From the NCBI GenBank assembly GCA_903864905.1, contig CAIPHR010000073.1:1-48438 (forward strand): a DNA stretch of 48,438 nt, given 5' to 3'. This DNA is from an uncultured bacterium. Lineage in GTDB: Bacteria; Patescibacteriota; Minisyncoccia; Phycocordibacterales; PALSA-1337. Positions 8,801-16,762 of the stretch are shown here, in pieces. Under the pieces are notes generated by a model. The model ran no database searches. It was not told where the DNA came from and saw only the letters and a list, made by a program, of their open reading frames with translations. Numbering within the stretch: position 1 is the first letter of the stretch; each line of letters starts with the position of its first letter. A program made the translations under genes and the position numbers.

Positions 8801-10344
8801 TAGGTACCGGAGCATCAGCCAAGACTATAAATATAGGTAATCAATCAGGTGCAACAGCACTTACATTAGATAGTGGTACTGGTGCTATCTCTATAGGTAC
8901 AGGAGCACAAGATAGAATATTGAATATTGCTACAGGAGCTGCAGTACAGACTGTTACTATAGGCTCTACGAATGGAGCATCTACGTTGACCTTGGAGGCT
9001 GGTACGGGTGCCTTGAATATTGGTACAGGTAGCTTTGCAAAGACTATTACCATGGGTAATGCTAGTGGTGCTACAGCTTTGGCAATGAATTCTGGTACTG
9101 GTGGTATAACATTGGTAACAGGAACGACAGGTGTTGTTTCAATAAAATCTGGATCGACTGGTTCGGTAACTATAGATTCTGGTACATCAGGAACTGTGAA
9201 TATTGGTAATGGTAATACAGGGAAGACAATAAACATCGGTACAGGTACAGGTGGTAATGCTATCAATATAGGTAATAATAATACTGTAGCTGACACCATC
9301 TCCATTGGTTCAAATCTGGATGCAGTGACGATAGCAGCTACGACATTGACTTTGAATAATACTCCAGCCGCAACTAGTGGAAACTTTACTCTGTGTGCGC
9401 CATCTGGCGGAAGTGGTCAGGTTAGACGTGGATCATCAGCTACTTCATGTAATACATCATCCCTTCGATATAAGCATGATGTCAATGATATAGGAGAGGG
9501 TCTAGATACTATCAACAATTTGCGACCCGTCACATTCTATTACAATGACGGCGTCACTACACTACAGAATGGTTTGATTGCTGAAGAGGTTTATACTGTC
9601 ATTCCTGAGTCGGTCGTCCTCGATGAAATCGGTAGACCAAACGCTATCGACTATAGTCAGATAACTCCCGTTATTGTCAAATCTATAAAGGAAATGTCTG
9701 GAATTATCGGCGACATATCTCCTAGTACATCGATCAGTAATGCTTCTACTACAGGTACGACTACTCAAAATGGTCTCTCTACATTGATAGCGACTATCCA
9801 GTCTGAACGAGCAAATAATCCTATAGTAATAATTGGGGATAAGATAAGTGGTGGAAAAAGATTTATTACCAATTTTGTAACTGCTCGCATCACTGCTATA
9901 CGAGGATATTTTGATGAAGTATTTGCAAATAAGATTCATACTGATCAGGTTTGTCTCAAGAAGTCTGATGGCAATGAAATATGTGTTAATGGTGATGATA
10001 TACAGAAGTTGATCGGAATTAGTACTCCATCATCATTTCCAATTTCAAATGATATTTCTACATCAATCGAAAATCAAGTATCAAGTTCTACAAATTCTAC
10101 TAGTACAGATCCAGTTATAGATCCTGGCACGTCGAATAATTCTGCAACTAGTACTATTCAGGTAGAGTCAAATTCAAATATCCATGAACCTGTTTTGCCA
10201 GTTACTCCAACTGAAGTTCCGATAGAAAGTCCTATTATTGAACCCGCTACAGTTGTAGACACCTCGAATACAAGTACACAAACACAAGACATACCAGTAG
10301 ATCCTGTGGTAAACTCCGTGATAGAATCGAGTCCAGCTCAATAA
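2899..10344 (+). CDS. Giant (2481 aa) secreted or anchored tail-fibre-like surface protein with Peptidase_S74 intramolecular-chaperone domain
   Basis: N-terminal signal/anchor FGVFVLVFLVSFSGVARA. Gly/Thr/Ser-rich beta-helix-like repeats and three ~311-aa modules. Tail-fibre motifs GLLTSTDWTSFNNK, GFLTAADWTLFNAK and LYPTQKAVKTYVDN. S74-like block SSLRYKHDV..LRPVTFYY..NGLIAEEV..IPESV..IDYSQITPVIVKSIKEM. Confidence 0.85.
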   Translation: MYFRKNCFETLNQRPFSTVLFGVFVLVFLVSFSGVARASIYTPGQTLEPDCAPGSINCGVITPNASASQTGLLTSTDWTSFNNKFSLTLNSGKIWIGDGSGQATPIEISGDATLSNSGIITISDNAVTTAKILDRNVSLAKLQDIGASKLLGNPTGAAASTTEISIGNGLTFSGTDIKVNAPTCPSNSFLTWDGSAFSCLADISDRIASAHNFLSGPLNGSAAPAFRTIDASDLGTGATTSQEVLLGNQTWYQLLDPSGKINVSALPSTVTGSLKFKGTWNALTNTPTLTALGGGGSSGDFYVVDVASTTDLLDGGHMSWNVGDWVVHNGVTWDRVSQGVTVSSVNGQTGAVVLSTSNVSEGVNEYFTNARARGAMTGVGPIVYSTTSGNIDCPTCVLASTTNGDILAGTGIDPSGSLSDRLIGSGDITFSLNNTGVTAGGYGGNIAVGTFTVDAQGRLTSAGTTTLDAASISSGSLSVARGGTGVATFTSKGILYGNGTSALSSSAAGTSGQFLVANDSGVPSFVSASGDLTVASSGAMTIGTGAVNSTKILDGTILNADISASAAIAYAKLNLANSIVNGDIANGTSTNSKLANSTVYFTLGTSGNDVNLSSTVAALGDTLIINIPNASATNRGVVSTTTQTFIGAKTFSGNMSVIGTTTLTGNLITSRGPDHLTDGVQNDVDLGTGSYFHYMGSRAATFTGFIGGSDGREFTLLNDSDHDITLTNNDTGSIDTSRIETMHGDSVIIPPEVSVGLQYDGGSSRWHIISFPATAQAISNYAYLNDGNSFGASASIGTTDSYALHFMTSGSTRFSIGTTSASLEGSGVTSITTDNSLSLSSGAGSQLNIISGTNGTLSIDSALSGAVNIGTNSNSKVVSIGNTTGASALNLNAGSQGISMNGNIAISSPSSFSSGSGLFTVNSSGVVLASSSSVIDMTGSGVLGLNTTTNRAITTGNGMFTLGGGLTVIGNKIYMGSNTTGSIMVADGTSFNPVALSGDATINSSGALTLNYTTAQSASAANKGFLTAADWTLFNAKQPALGYTSEDSANKAASVLLGNSDTLYPTQKAVKTYVDNAATGLNWQPPVEIINVIADTATPVLAPNNLDVYIMNTGGKTGTWSTFEVGDMIQYQTSQWVFIKHLAIGDRFGVAFKATTTPSGSMTGYKNYKVEITGGTAGAFIYSFTAPSANDAIFVQNTNAYYRNVSFVYASSTTVTPQWVQLSATVDWRMGSGLQANGTVESLGPLTTDWTQSGAFDMNTSGNVNIGNGKAFSVAGTSTLSGNIIMPKGTDFVGSSTQNNIDLGSGSVFRYTGTGPAIFTGFAGGVNGRMIRFVNASNYTITLSQENAGSNNANKIVIETGADALISSNASFEMLYDSGISRWRVTVLPANTAILQGGNAYGATESIGTTDTYGLNFITNNTNRFSIATTSATLTGNGATTIASNNTLSLMSAAGSSLNVISSTTGGLVLDTGTTGSISIGTSSNAKTIALGNTTGATSISLNAGTGGISMNGSTTIAGTNTFTTGSGLTTINSTAVNLAGNSSVLDMSGTGTTSLNTITNRPIKTGTGSFTAGGSLIVTGTSTMSGNIVAVGNMSTPKGSDYVTTGSQNDVNLGTGSLFRYTGSNIATFNGISGGIDGRQIYIMNVSSSNLTIAHQNTGSVAANRIITASGSSVTIPPAATIALQYDSSTARWRIMTTTLSSAAISGFAFLQNGNSYGATATLGTNDGYGLSFITSGNTRFAIATTSATLTGTGATSITTDSTLALSSASGSDLNVTSGTTGNLNLDSGSSGGINIGTNGNGKTITIGNGTGLSSLVFNAGTGNIDIGANAIARNINIGTGAAVVETVNIGGTGANVISIGNTQNSGSISLGSSMTSGTISIGGTGLQTGNIDIAPGTGSQVVTIANSGGVKTLDIGNGVSGNTISIGNGANISDQVLNLASGAAGANSTVNILTGVGTAGIQTLNLGTGASAKTINIGNQSGATALTLDSGTGAISIGTGAQDRILNIATGAAVQTVTIGSTNGASTLTLEAGTGALNIGTGSFAKTITMGNASGATALAMNSGTGGITLVTGTTGVVSIKSGSTGSVTIDSGTSGTVNIGNGNTGKTINIGTGTGGNAINIGNNNTVADTISIGSNLDAVTIAATTLTLNNTPAATSGNFTLCAPSGGSGQVRRGSSATSCNTSSLRYKHDVNDIGEGLDTINNLRPVTFYYNDGVTTLQNGLIAEEVYTVIPESVVLDEIGRPNAIDYSQITPVIVKSIKEMSGIIGDISPSTSISNASTTGTTTQNGLSTLIATIQSERANNPIVIIGDKISGGKRFITNFVTARITAIRGYFDEVFANKIHTDQVCLKKSDGNEICVNGDDIQKLIGISTPSSFPISNDISTSIENQVSSSTNSTSTDPVIDPGTSNNSATSTIQVESNSNIHEPVLPVTPTEVPIESPIIEPATVVDTSNTSTQTQDIPVDPVVNSVIESSPAQ
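4906..8600 (+). repeat. Three diverged ~0.93-kb in-frame repeat modules inside the giant gene (about 4906-5840, 6757-7689, 7690-8600)
   Basis: Each module starts (P)KG.D....G.QN(D/N)(V/I)(D/N)LG(T/S)GS.F(H/R)Y.G...A.F.G..GG.(D/N)GR. Each continues through ..(S/A)RW(H/R).. and GN(S/A)(F/Y)GA..(S/T)(I/L)GT.D.Y.L.F.T...TRF(S/A)I.TTSA(S/T)L.G.G. Module ends are approximate. Confidence 0.75.
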
Positions 10345-10371
10345 TTATTATTCTTAATATTTAATATTCAT

Positions 10372-10890
10372 ATGTATAATAACGAAACAATGTCAACAAT
10401 GAAAACTGCGCAAAATCCTATTCCAAATAAAACCAAGAAAACAATTAAATTGGGTAGAACATCTCTATTCATAATTATAATTTTGATTGTGGGAGGAATG
10501 TATGGAACGGTTCATTATCATAATAAATATAAGTCTCTAACTGTAGATCCCAACATTGAAGCACAGAAGATGACCGATCAATTGGTTTTGAGTCTAGGCA
10601 AACTCATGGAATTGCCAAAGGATGAAGTACCAACTGTTGCTACTATATCTGATAAAGAAAAGTTGAGTGGTCAATCATTTTTTACTAATGCGGAAAATGG
10701 AGATATCTTATTCGCTTATACCAATGCTATGAAAGCGATATTGTATCGTCCTAGTACCAATAAGATCATCAATGTAGCTCCAATATCTATCAATCAACCA
10801 CAGAGCTTAAATACTGGTACGAAACAGGGTATTCAAACGTCGATATCGACACCTACTTCTACTAGTTCGAGATCTACTATTGAAAGATAA
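10372..10890 (+). CDS. Hypothetical membrane-anchored protein
   Basis: 172 aa with a single TM helix (LFIIIILIVGGMYGTV) and a Ser/Thr-rich C-terminus. Lies immediately downstream of the giant gene. Confidence 0.6.
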   Translation: MYNNETMSTMKTAQNPIPNKTKKTIKLGRTSLFIIIILIVGGMYGTVHYHNKYKSLTVDPNIEAQKMTDQLVLSLGKLMELPKDEVPTVATISDKEKLSGQSFFTNAENGDILFAYTNAMKAILYRPSTNKIINVAPISINQPQSLNTGTKQGIQTSISTPTSTSSRSTIER

Positions 10891-10895
10891 TTTCT

Positions 10896-12146
10896 ATGTG
10901 GAAGAGCAAAATCGGCATAATTATAATTTTTATATCACTAGTGATACCAGTATCTTTCAGTTGTGCTGGTACTATTCTCGCTACGCATAAATATGCTTGG
11001 AGTAATAATATTGGTTATATCAATTTTGAGAATGTGATAGTGAATGATTCCAATCTATCTGGTTTTGCTTGGTCAGAAAAATCTGGCTGGATAAAATTCA
11101 ATCCTGCAAAAGGTGGTGTATATAATGATGGCAATGGTCATCTATCTGGTTTTGCTTGGGGTGAAGGTTTGGGTTGGATCGATTTTAGTGGTGTAAATGT
11201 TAGTACAACTACTGGAAAATTTTCAGGATCCGCTTCTGGACCTCTAGTCGGTACTATCAACTTTGATTGTCCAAATTATTGTGATGTGAGGACTGATTGG
11301 ACAGTTGCACCTATAATACCACCAGTTAATCCTCCTATTACTCCAACCACAACTCCTATTGTTACGCCTGTTATTACATCGACTAGTCACACTAGTAGTG
11401 GTAGCAGAATGTCTCAGACTGCCGGTATCTACAATTCAGTACATGTGGATACTATTGAAAAACCACTAGTTATTGCCCCTCAACAATCTGGTAGTTTGAA
11501 GAAGCAAACACTGAGTGGATTGGTTACTATAGATATTCCAGCCAATAATGTTCTTGGTATAACCACTTTTTTTATTAATCAGGATTTACTTGATACATCA
11601 AATAAGTATTTGGTCTTGGGAAATACTAGATTAATAAACGGTGCATTCTATGATATATATGCTCTCGATCAAAATAGTTTGTACGTTCATTATTTCAATA
11701 AGCCTTTATTTATAACATTACCATTGTCTATCGATCTACAGGATAGAGATGATCTGGGTCTATATTGGTTGAATGAAACCAATTGGAAATGGGTACTCAT
11801 ACCTGATGCAATATTTGGAGATACAAATGTTAGTTTCAGTGTAGATCATCTCACTAAGTTCGCTATTTTTGCTATGCAAAATAGTGATGACGGTAGTGGG
11901 GAAGTAGATAGTTCAAATATTTTATCTACCAATATACCAGAGAGTCTGACTTTGCCTCCTAGTCAGATGTCCAATTATTTGGATAATGAAAAAGCAAAGA
12001 TGGAGGCTGATCAATTGGAGCAATTGAACCTATTGGAGTCAACCAGTACTCTAGTTTCAGAAACATCAAGTGGTATGTGGGCTATTATTTTCCTAGTACT
12101 TGCTATATTTATCATTATTATCTATATGGTGAAGAGAAAGAAATAA
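10896..12146 (+). CDS. Surface protein with aromatic (F/Y)AW..N.G(W/Y)I.F repeats and a C-terminal membrane anchor
   Basis: 416 aa with an N-terminal signal. Repeats are YAWSNNIGYINF, FAWSEKSGWIKF and FAWGEGLGWIDF. Has a Pro/Thr linker and a C-terminal TM ending KRKK. Confidence 0.65.
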   Translation: MWKSKIGIIIIFISLVIPVSFSCAGTILATHKYAWSNNIGYINFENVIVNDSNLSGFAWSEKSGWIKFNPAKGGVYNDGNGHLSGFAWGEGLGWIDFSGVNVSTTTGKFSGSASGPLVGTINFDCPNYCDVRTDWTVAPIIPPVNPPITPTTTPIVTPVITSTSHTSSGSRMSQTAGIYNSVHVDTIEKPLVIAPQQSGSLKKQTLSGLVTIDIPANNVLGITTFFINQDLLDTSNKYLVLGNTRLINGAFYDIYALDQNSLYVHYFNKPLFITLPLSIDLQDRDDLGLYWLNETNWKWVLIPDAIFGDTNVSFSVDHLTKFAIFAMQNSDDGSGEVDSSNILSTNIPESLTLPPSQMSNYLDNEKAKMEADQLEQLNLLESTSTLVSETSSGMWAIIFLVLAIFIIIIYMVKRKK

Positions 12147-12153
12147 AAAATCA

Positions 12154-12181
12154 AACCCCACTGACCTAAGTCATTGGGGTT
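12154..12181. terminator. Bidirectional hairpin between convergent genes
   Basis: AACCCCACTGAC / GTCATTGGGGTT stem with one mismatch, an A-run on the left. Lies between the stop at 12146 (+) and the stop at 12208 (-). Confidence 0.5.
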
Positions 12182-12207
12182 GAGTGAGTAAAATGAACGT
12201 GGTTCGG

Positions 12208-12909
12208 CTACTCAATACGTTCTTGCCATTTTACGCCAGAACATATGAGGTTATCGAACACTCCATTGTGTTCTATTCTTTCCTTTTCAGAACACAGAAG
12301 CACGGCTATCCGTTTCTGCTCACGATCCCATGGTTTCGAGATATTGTCCTCGAGAAAACCCTTTAGGAATCTAGCTCTGAATGCATCGCAAGCGATGTCT
12401 CGGAAATCGATACGGAGAAACAGTACTGGTTCACTGCGCAGCGAGCGCAGTAAAGCTGGCCACTTCTCTATGAAGTTCATAGAATCAGTCTTTAACTCCA
12501 TAAACTTGGTACTGAGGTCGAAACCTTCCGGCTTCATGTCTTCGTACCAGTTCGGTCTATAGTCAGCGTGGCTGACTCGGATTTTGAATGGAGGGATCGC
12601 TATGTCATTGCTGACATCCTTGCATGCTTGCAATAAAACACGGCGCAAGGTGACGTGATCAGAGACGAACTTCTTGTTCGAGTCTTGATGATGGATCTCG
12701 ATCCGATCACCTCGGTTTGAGAAGAACCAAAAGTCTTGATTCTTTAGTAACTCCTCTATTGTGAGACCCAATTCTGTAGGGCAGTCGATGGGTGGTGCAA
12801 ATAATTCGTCACTACCCCAACATTTAAGGATGTAATGCTCCTCGTGACCCCTGCCTCCGTATCTGGCAGTGATCAGAAGTGTTTTGATAGCTTTATTTTC
12901 CGTATTCAC
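12208..12909 (-). CDS. Hypothetical protein (no recognisable motif)
   Basis: 233-aa ORF and the longest frame here. The overlapping + strand ORFs are shorter and look antisense. Sits at the left edge of the GC-richer block. Confidence 0.55.
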   Translation of the reverse strand: MNTENKAIKTLLITARYGGRGHEEHYILKCWGSDELFAPPIDCPTELGLTIEELLKNQDFWFFSNRGDRIEIHHQDSNKKFVSDHVTLRRVLLQACKDVSNDIAIPPFKIRVSHADYRPNWYEDMKPEGFDLSTKFMELKTDSMNFIEKWPALLRSLRSEPVLFLRIDFRDIACDAFRARFLKGFLEDNISKPWDREQKRIAVLLCSEKERIEHNGVFDNLICSGVKWQERIE

Positions 12910-13182
12910 TTTTTCCTTTCATTTTTAGTTATTGTTAAATCAAGGTGCTAAAACAATGATAGCACAATATGTGCTGATTGTCAATTTAAGTGTTGCGGAC
13001 CTCGGACGTAGTTGGAACCAAATCCTAGGGAATATAAGGGAGTTGTGTAGTCTCGCTGGAGACCGTCAGAGTTAGTAATATATCGTCAGTAGCGTAAGTG
13101 ATTGAATAGGCATGATGAATATAATCGGGCGTTAGAAAACCTTTTATTTTATGGATAAAAATGGTAGATTTAGGTTACTTCT

Positions 13183-13575
13183 ATGGGAATTTTGGATTTG
13201 AACAATATAAAGGAGGCTCTCCAAATAGCAGGCAAAATTGAATTTTATCCTCAAATTTTGGAAATGCAAGAAAAACTTCTAGATCAACATAAAAGGATCT
13301 CTGATTTGGAGGCGGAAAAAAAAGGTTTGGTGGAGAAACTGGAAATTCAGGGATCTATTCTTTTTGAAAACAACGCTTATTGGATAGAGAAAAGTGGCAA
13401 AAAAGATGGACCATATTGCTCATGTTGCTGGGATGATCAAAAAAAGCCAATAAGAATGCATCCTTGTGGTAATCCAGCGGTTTATGAATGCCCGAAGTGC
13501 AAAAGTAGGGTTGTAGTATATTCTAGTCGAGATAATCCTCCTCGTGCCGCTCAATTTATACCCGATTACATGTAA
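13183..13575 (+). CDS. Coiled-coil plus four-Cys zinc-ribbon protein, first gene of the R-M operon
   Basis: 130 aa with an N-terminal heptad-like region and a C-terminal CSCC...C..(x)..CPKC. Its stop lies 3 nt before the mod ATG. Confidence 0.55.
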   Translation: MGILDLNNIKEALQIAGKIEFYPQILEMQEKLLDQHKRISDLEAEKKGLVEKLEIQGSILFENNAYWIEKSGKKDGPYCSCCWDDQKKPIRMHPCGNPAVYECPKCKSRVVVYSSRDNPPRAAQFIPDYM

Positions 13576-13578
13576 TTT

Positions 13579-15687
13579 ATGAAACTCACCGACAACGAAA
13601 AACGCGATGCTATCAAATACCTCGAATCCGGCAAGCCCCTTCCGGAAAAGTATCGTTTTTTATTGTTTGATGACGACCGTGAGGTAGAGCTTCTGTGGAA
13701 TGGTAAGTCCAATGAAGTTACCAATGTCGTTCTGCCGTTTCAGACTATAGAGCAGATAGATGAGCCGAGAAGCAATGACAAGATCGGTTTGCAGGACTCA
13801 CTTTTTGATACTTCAGGAAGACAGATTACCGGCTGGACCAATAAATTGATTTGGGGAGATAACAAACTTATCCTTTCATCGCTCAAGAATGGACCGATGA
13901 GGAAGGAGATCGAAGCCCAAGGCGGTCTCAAGCTCATTTACATCGATCCTCCGTTTGATGTTGGTGCTGATTTTTCCATGGATATTAAGATCGGTGACGG
14001 GGAAGATGAAGAAAGTTTTACAAAGAAGCCCTCAGTCATTGAGGAAATAGCCTATCGTGACACTTGGGGCAAGGGTGCCGACAGTTTTATTGCAATGATT
14101 TATGAGCGATTAAAGTTGATGCATGATTTGCTGGCGGAGGATGGGAGTATTTATGTGCATTGTGATTGGAGAGTCAGTGCCTTTATGAGATTGGTCTTAG
14201 ATGAAGTTTTTGGCAGTGATAACTTTAAAAATGAAATAATCATTCATTATACAGCCGTTGGTCTGAAGGCAAAATCAAAGAAGTTTCATCAAAATACTGA
14301 AAATATATATTATTTTGTCAAAAATAGAGAGCGAGCTCCATACAACGAAGTGTTTGAAAAATTAGATACACCAAGAACTGCCAGTAAGCATCATTTTGAT
14401 TCAGAGACAGGAAAGGCTAGTCGTGTTAGAGATGAAAATGGGAATATTCAGTATTTTGAGGTCTGGGAAAACAAGGTTGATAATTTTATTGAGGTTCCAG
14501 CATTGCGAGGAGAACAAAAGCTTGGATATCCTACACAAAAGGCAGAGATATTATTAGAAAGAATTATCAAAGCTTCCTCAAACGATGGTGATCTCGTAGC
14601 TGACTTTTTCTGCGGTTCCGGCACAACACTAGCAGTAGCTGAAAAACTGAGAAGAAAATGGATCGGGACTGACCTTGGGAAATTTGGCATTCATACGACG
14701 CGTAAGAGAATGGTTGGGGTGCAGAGGGAACTCAAGAAAGAGGGTAAGAATTTCAGAGCCTTTGAAATATTGAACTTGGGCAGGTATGAGAGGGATAATT
14801 TTGTAAATGTCAGCGGCGATTTGAGGGAAGAGGAAAAACAAAAAGTGCAGGAACGAAAGGAGCAGGAATTCATCAAACTGATCCTCACCGCCTATAAAGC
14901 CGAAGCTGTGACCTCCTATGATACTTTTGTGGGTAAGAAGCGCGATAGGCTAGTCGCCATCGGACCGATCAACACCCCAGTATCGTCACAGTTCATAGAT
15001 CGGATCCTGGAAGAGTGTGTGATGAATAAGGTTACGAAAGTAGACATACTGGGGTTTGACTACGAGATGGGATTGGATACATCCAAGGCAAAGGAGTATG
15101 GTATCGATGTACAACTCAAGGTTATTCCGAGAGAGGTTTTCGACAAGAAAGCCGTGGAGAAAGGGCAGGTCAAATTTTACGATGTCGCCTTCATAGAAGT
15201 CGAAGCGATCAAAAAAGGCCAAGGCAAAATTGTGGAAGTGACGATTAAGCTCAATGACTTCTCGGTATTCTATAATCAAGATGATTCCGGAGAGATCGAA
15301 GAAGCTTTGAAACCGGGAAGCTCAAAAGTTATCGTCGAGAATGGTCAGGTGGTGAAGTTAAGCAAGGATAAAAAGACAGAGCTTATCTCAAAGGAAGTTT
15401 TGACCAAGAAATGGAGTGATTGGATCGATTATTGGGCGGTGGACTTTGATTTTGCCAGCAGAAAAGAGATCGTCAAAGAGATGGATAAGGACGGCAAAGA
15501 GGCGGAGAAATGGACGGGGGACTATATTTTCGACAATGAATGGCAGAGCTTCAGAACAAAGAAGAATCGCAATCTTGAGCTAGTCTCGGCTCCGAAAGAT
15601 CTGCCGAAAGGCAACTATAAAATGGCTATAAAGGTCGTTGATATTTTTGGTAATGATACGACGAAGGTGATAGAGGTTAAGATATAA
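13579..15687 (+). CDS. mod: Type III R-M DNA methyltransferase (Mod), N6/N4 beta-class
   Basis: 702 aa. Motif [13 protein letters not shown], with motif [17 protein letters not shown] about 220 aa downstream. Paired with a helicase-nuclease in the same operon. Confidence 0.85.
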   Translation: MKLTDNEKRDAIKYLESGKPLPEKYRFLLFDDDREVELLWNGKSNEVTNVVLPFQTIEQIDEPRSNDKIGLQDSLFDTSGRQITGWTNKLIWGDNKLILSSLKNGPMRKEIEAQGGLKLIYIDPPFDVGADFSMDIKIGDGEDEESFTKKPSVIEEIAYRDTWGKGADSFIAMIYERLKLMHDLLAEDGSIYVHCDWRVSAFMRLVLDEVFGSDNFKNEIIIHYTAVGLKAKSKKFHQNTENIYYFVKNRERAPYNEVFEKLDTPRTASKHHFDSETGKASRVRDENGNIQYFEVWENKVDNFIEVPALRGEQKLGYPTQKAEILLERIIKASSNDGDLVADFFCGSGTTLAVAEKLRRKWIGTDLGKFGIHTTRKRMVGVQRELKKEGKNFRAFEILNLGRYERDNFVNVSGDLREEEKQKVQERKEQEFIKLILTAYKAEAVTSYDTFVGKKRDRLVAIGPINTPVSSQFIDRILEECVMNKVTKVDILGFDYEMGLDTSKAKEYGIDVQLKVIPREVFDKKAVEKGQVKFYDVAFIEVEAIKKGQGKIVEVTIKLNDFSVFYNQDDSGEIEEALKPGSSKVIVENGQVVKLSKDKKTELISKEVLTKKWSDWIDYWAVDFDFASRKEIVKEMDKDGKEAEKWTGDYIFDNEWQSFRTKKNRNLELVSAPKDLPKGNYKMAIKVVDIFGNDTTKVIEVKI

Positions 15688-15691
15688 ATGT

Positions 15692-15901
15692 ATGTATAGA
15701 ACTTCCGTAAATTCAACAAATATCACATCTATAGGCTATGAAGCTCAAACGGCCACTTTGGAAGTGGAGTTTACTTCTGGAGATGTATATCAGTATTTCA
15801 ATGTACCCGAGTACCTATATCAACAGTTTTTGAACGCATCCTCTCATGGACAATTTCTGAACGATCACATCAGATATAGTTATCGCTATCAGAAGGTATG
15901 A
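15692..15901 (+). CDS. KTSC domain protein
   Basis: 69 aa. ITSIGYEAQTATLEVEFTSGDVYQYFNVPEYLYQQFLNASSHGQFLNDHIRYSYRY fits the KTSC consensus. Confidence 0.7.
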   Translation: MYRTSVNSTNITSIGYEAQTATLEVEFTSGDVYQYFNVPEYLYQQFLNASSHGQFLNDHIRYSYRYQKV

Positions 15902-15908
15902 TAATGCC

Positions 15909-16685
15909 ATGTTTACACCAAAAACAGAAAAAATTAAAGATATTGTAATCGATAAACAAGAAGTCATCACGCAACTTGAGAGCATTTTTACTGCAAAGAC
16001 CAGGATATACATTGATTACGCCAATGTCAGACCATGGAGCGTAAAGCTCGGTTGGCATATTGATCTGAAGCGACTTAAACAGTTTCTAGACTCATTCAAC
16101 ACGATCGAGGCTGTGAATTTTTACAATGGTTATTTGGTCGGCGATGAAAGGTCGGAGAAGGAGAAGAAAGAGGCTGAAGATAATAAATATATTCTCCGAA
16201 CAAAGCCGGTAAAGATCCTTACGTTCTCTATTGACGCGACGAGTGTTCTTCCTGACTCGACGGTCTTGCTTGATCAATTCGTCAGTCGGGCTCTCCTGAA
16301 AAAATACGAGATATCCACTATCGAGTATCTCAATGAAAAGTTCAAGGATATGAATAAAAAAGGGGAGTACACCATCGAAGAAAAAAAGTGCAATTTCGAT
16401 GTCGAAATAGGAGTAAACATGCTTCTTGATTGTGAACGAAAAAGCGCAGATACTTTTGTCTTGTGGAGCGGTGACAGTGATTTTGCCGATTCGATTGAGA
16501 AACTTATGAGTGCTGGGAAGAAAGTCTTTTTGTTCGCAACGGCGAGGAAGGTTTCAAGAGAACTATCGGCTCTAGCTAGCAAAGGACTGATGGTTTTTGA
16601 CATTCAGAAGATCCGTGATTTTATATGCTGGAAAAAGGAGATAGAACGCAAAGGGGACCCCGGTAAAGAGGCCCCCAAGCAGTAG
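15909..16685 (+). CDS. NYN/LabA-like (PIN-fold) putative ribonuclease
   Basis: 258 aa with N-terminal RIYIDYANV and C-terminal VLWSGDSDFADSIEKL...KKVFLFA acidic motifs typical of the NYN domain. Confidence 0.65.
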   Translation: MFTPKTEKIKDIVIDKQEVITQLESIFTAKTRIYIDYANVRPWSVKLGWHIDLKRLKQFLDSFNTIEAVNFYNGYLVGDERSEKEKKEAEDNKYILRTKPVKILTFSIDATSVLPDSTVLLDQFVSRALLKKYEISTIEYLNEKFKDMNKKGEYTIEEKKCNFDVEIGVNMLLDCERKSADTFVLWSGDSDFADSIEKLMSAGKKVFLFATARKVSRELSALASKGLMVFDIQKIRDFICWKKEIERKGDPGKEAPKQ

Positions 16686-16762
16686 AATTAGTGATCTTGC
16701 GATCACGTACACAATAGCAGAAAAGAGTCTAAAAAGCAAGTTATCCACAGAAATCAAAATAT

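Noticed and set aside
3201-9939. Many 60-190-aa minus-strand and alternate-frame ORFs inside the giant gene, for example 7098-7661(-), 8841-9305(-) and 8085-8480(-).
   Set aside because: They lie antisense or out of frame to a continuous 7.4-kb ORF. Their Pro/Val/Ile-rich translations are the mirror image of Gly/Thr/Asn repeat codons, with no independent signals.
2899-12146. A prophage or tailocin remnant, because of the tail-fibre and S74 features.
   Set aside because: No capsid, portal, terminase, sheath, tube, baseplate, lysis or integrase genes lie nearby. Signal and anchor sequences point to a cellular surface protein.
12184-12562. Two + strand ORFs (60 and 105 aa).
   Set aside because: They are antisense to the longer 233-aa minus-strand ORF and begin inside the bidirectional terminator region.
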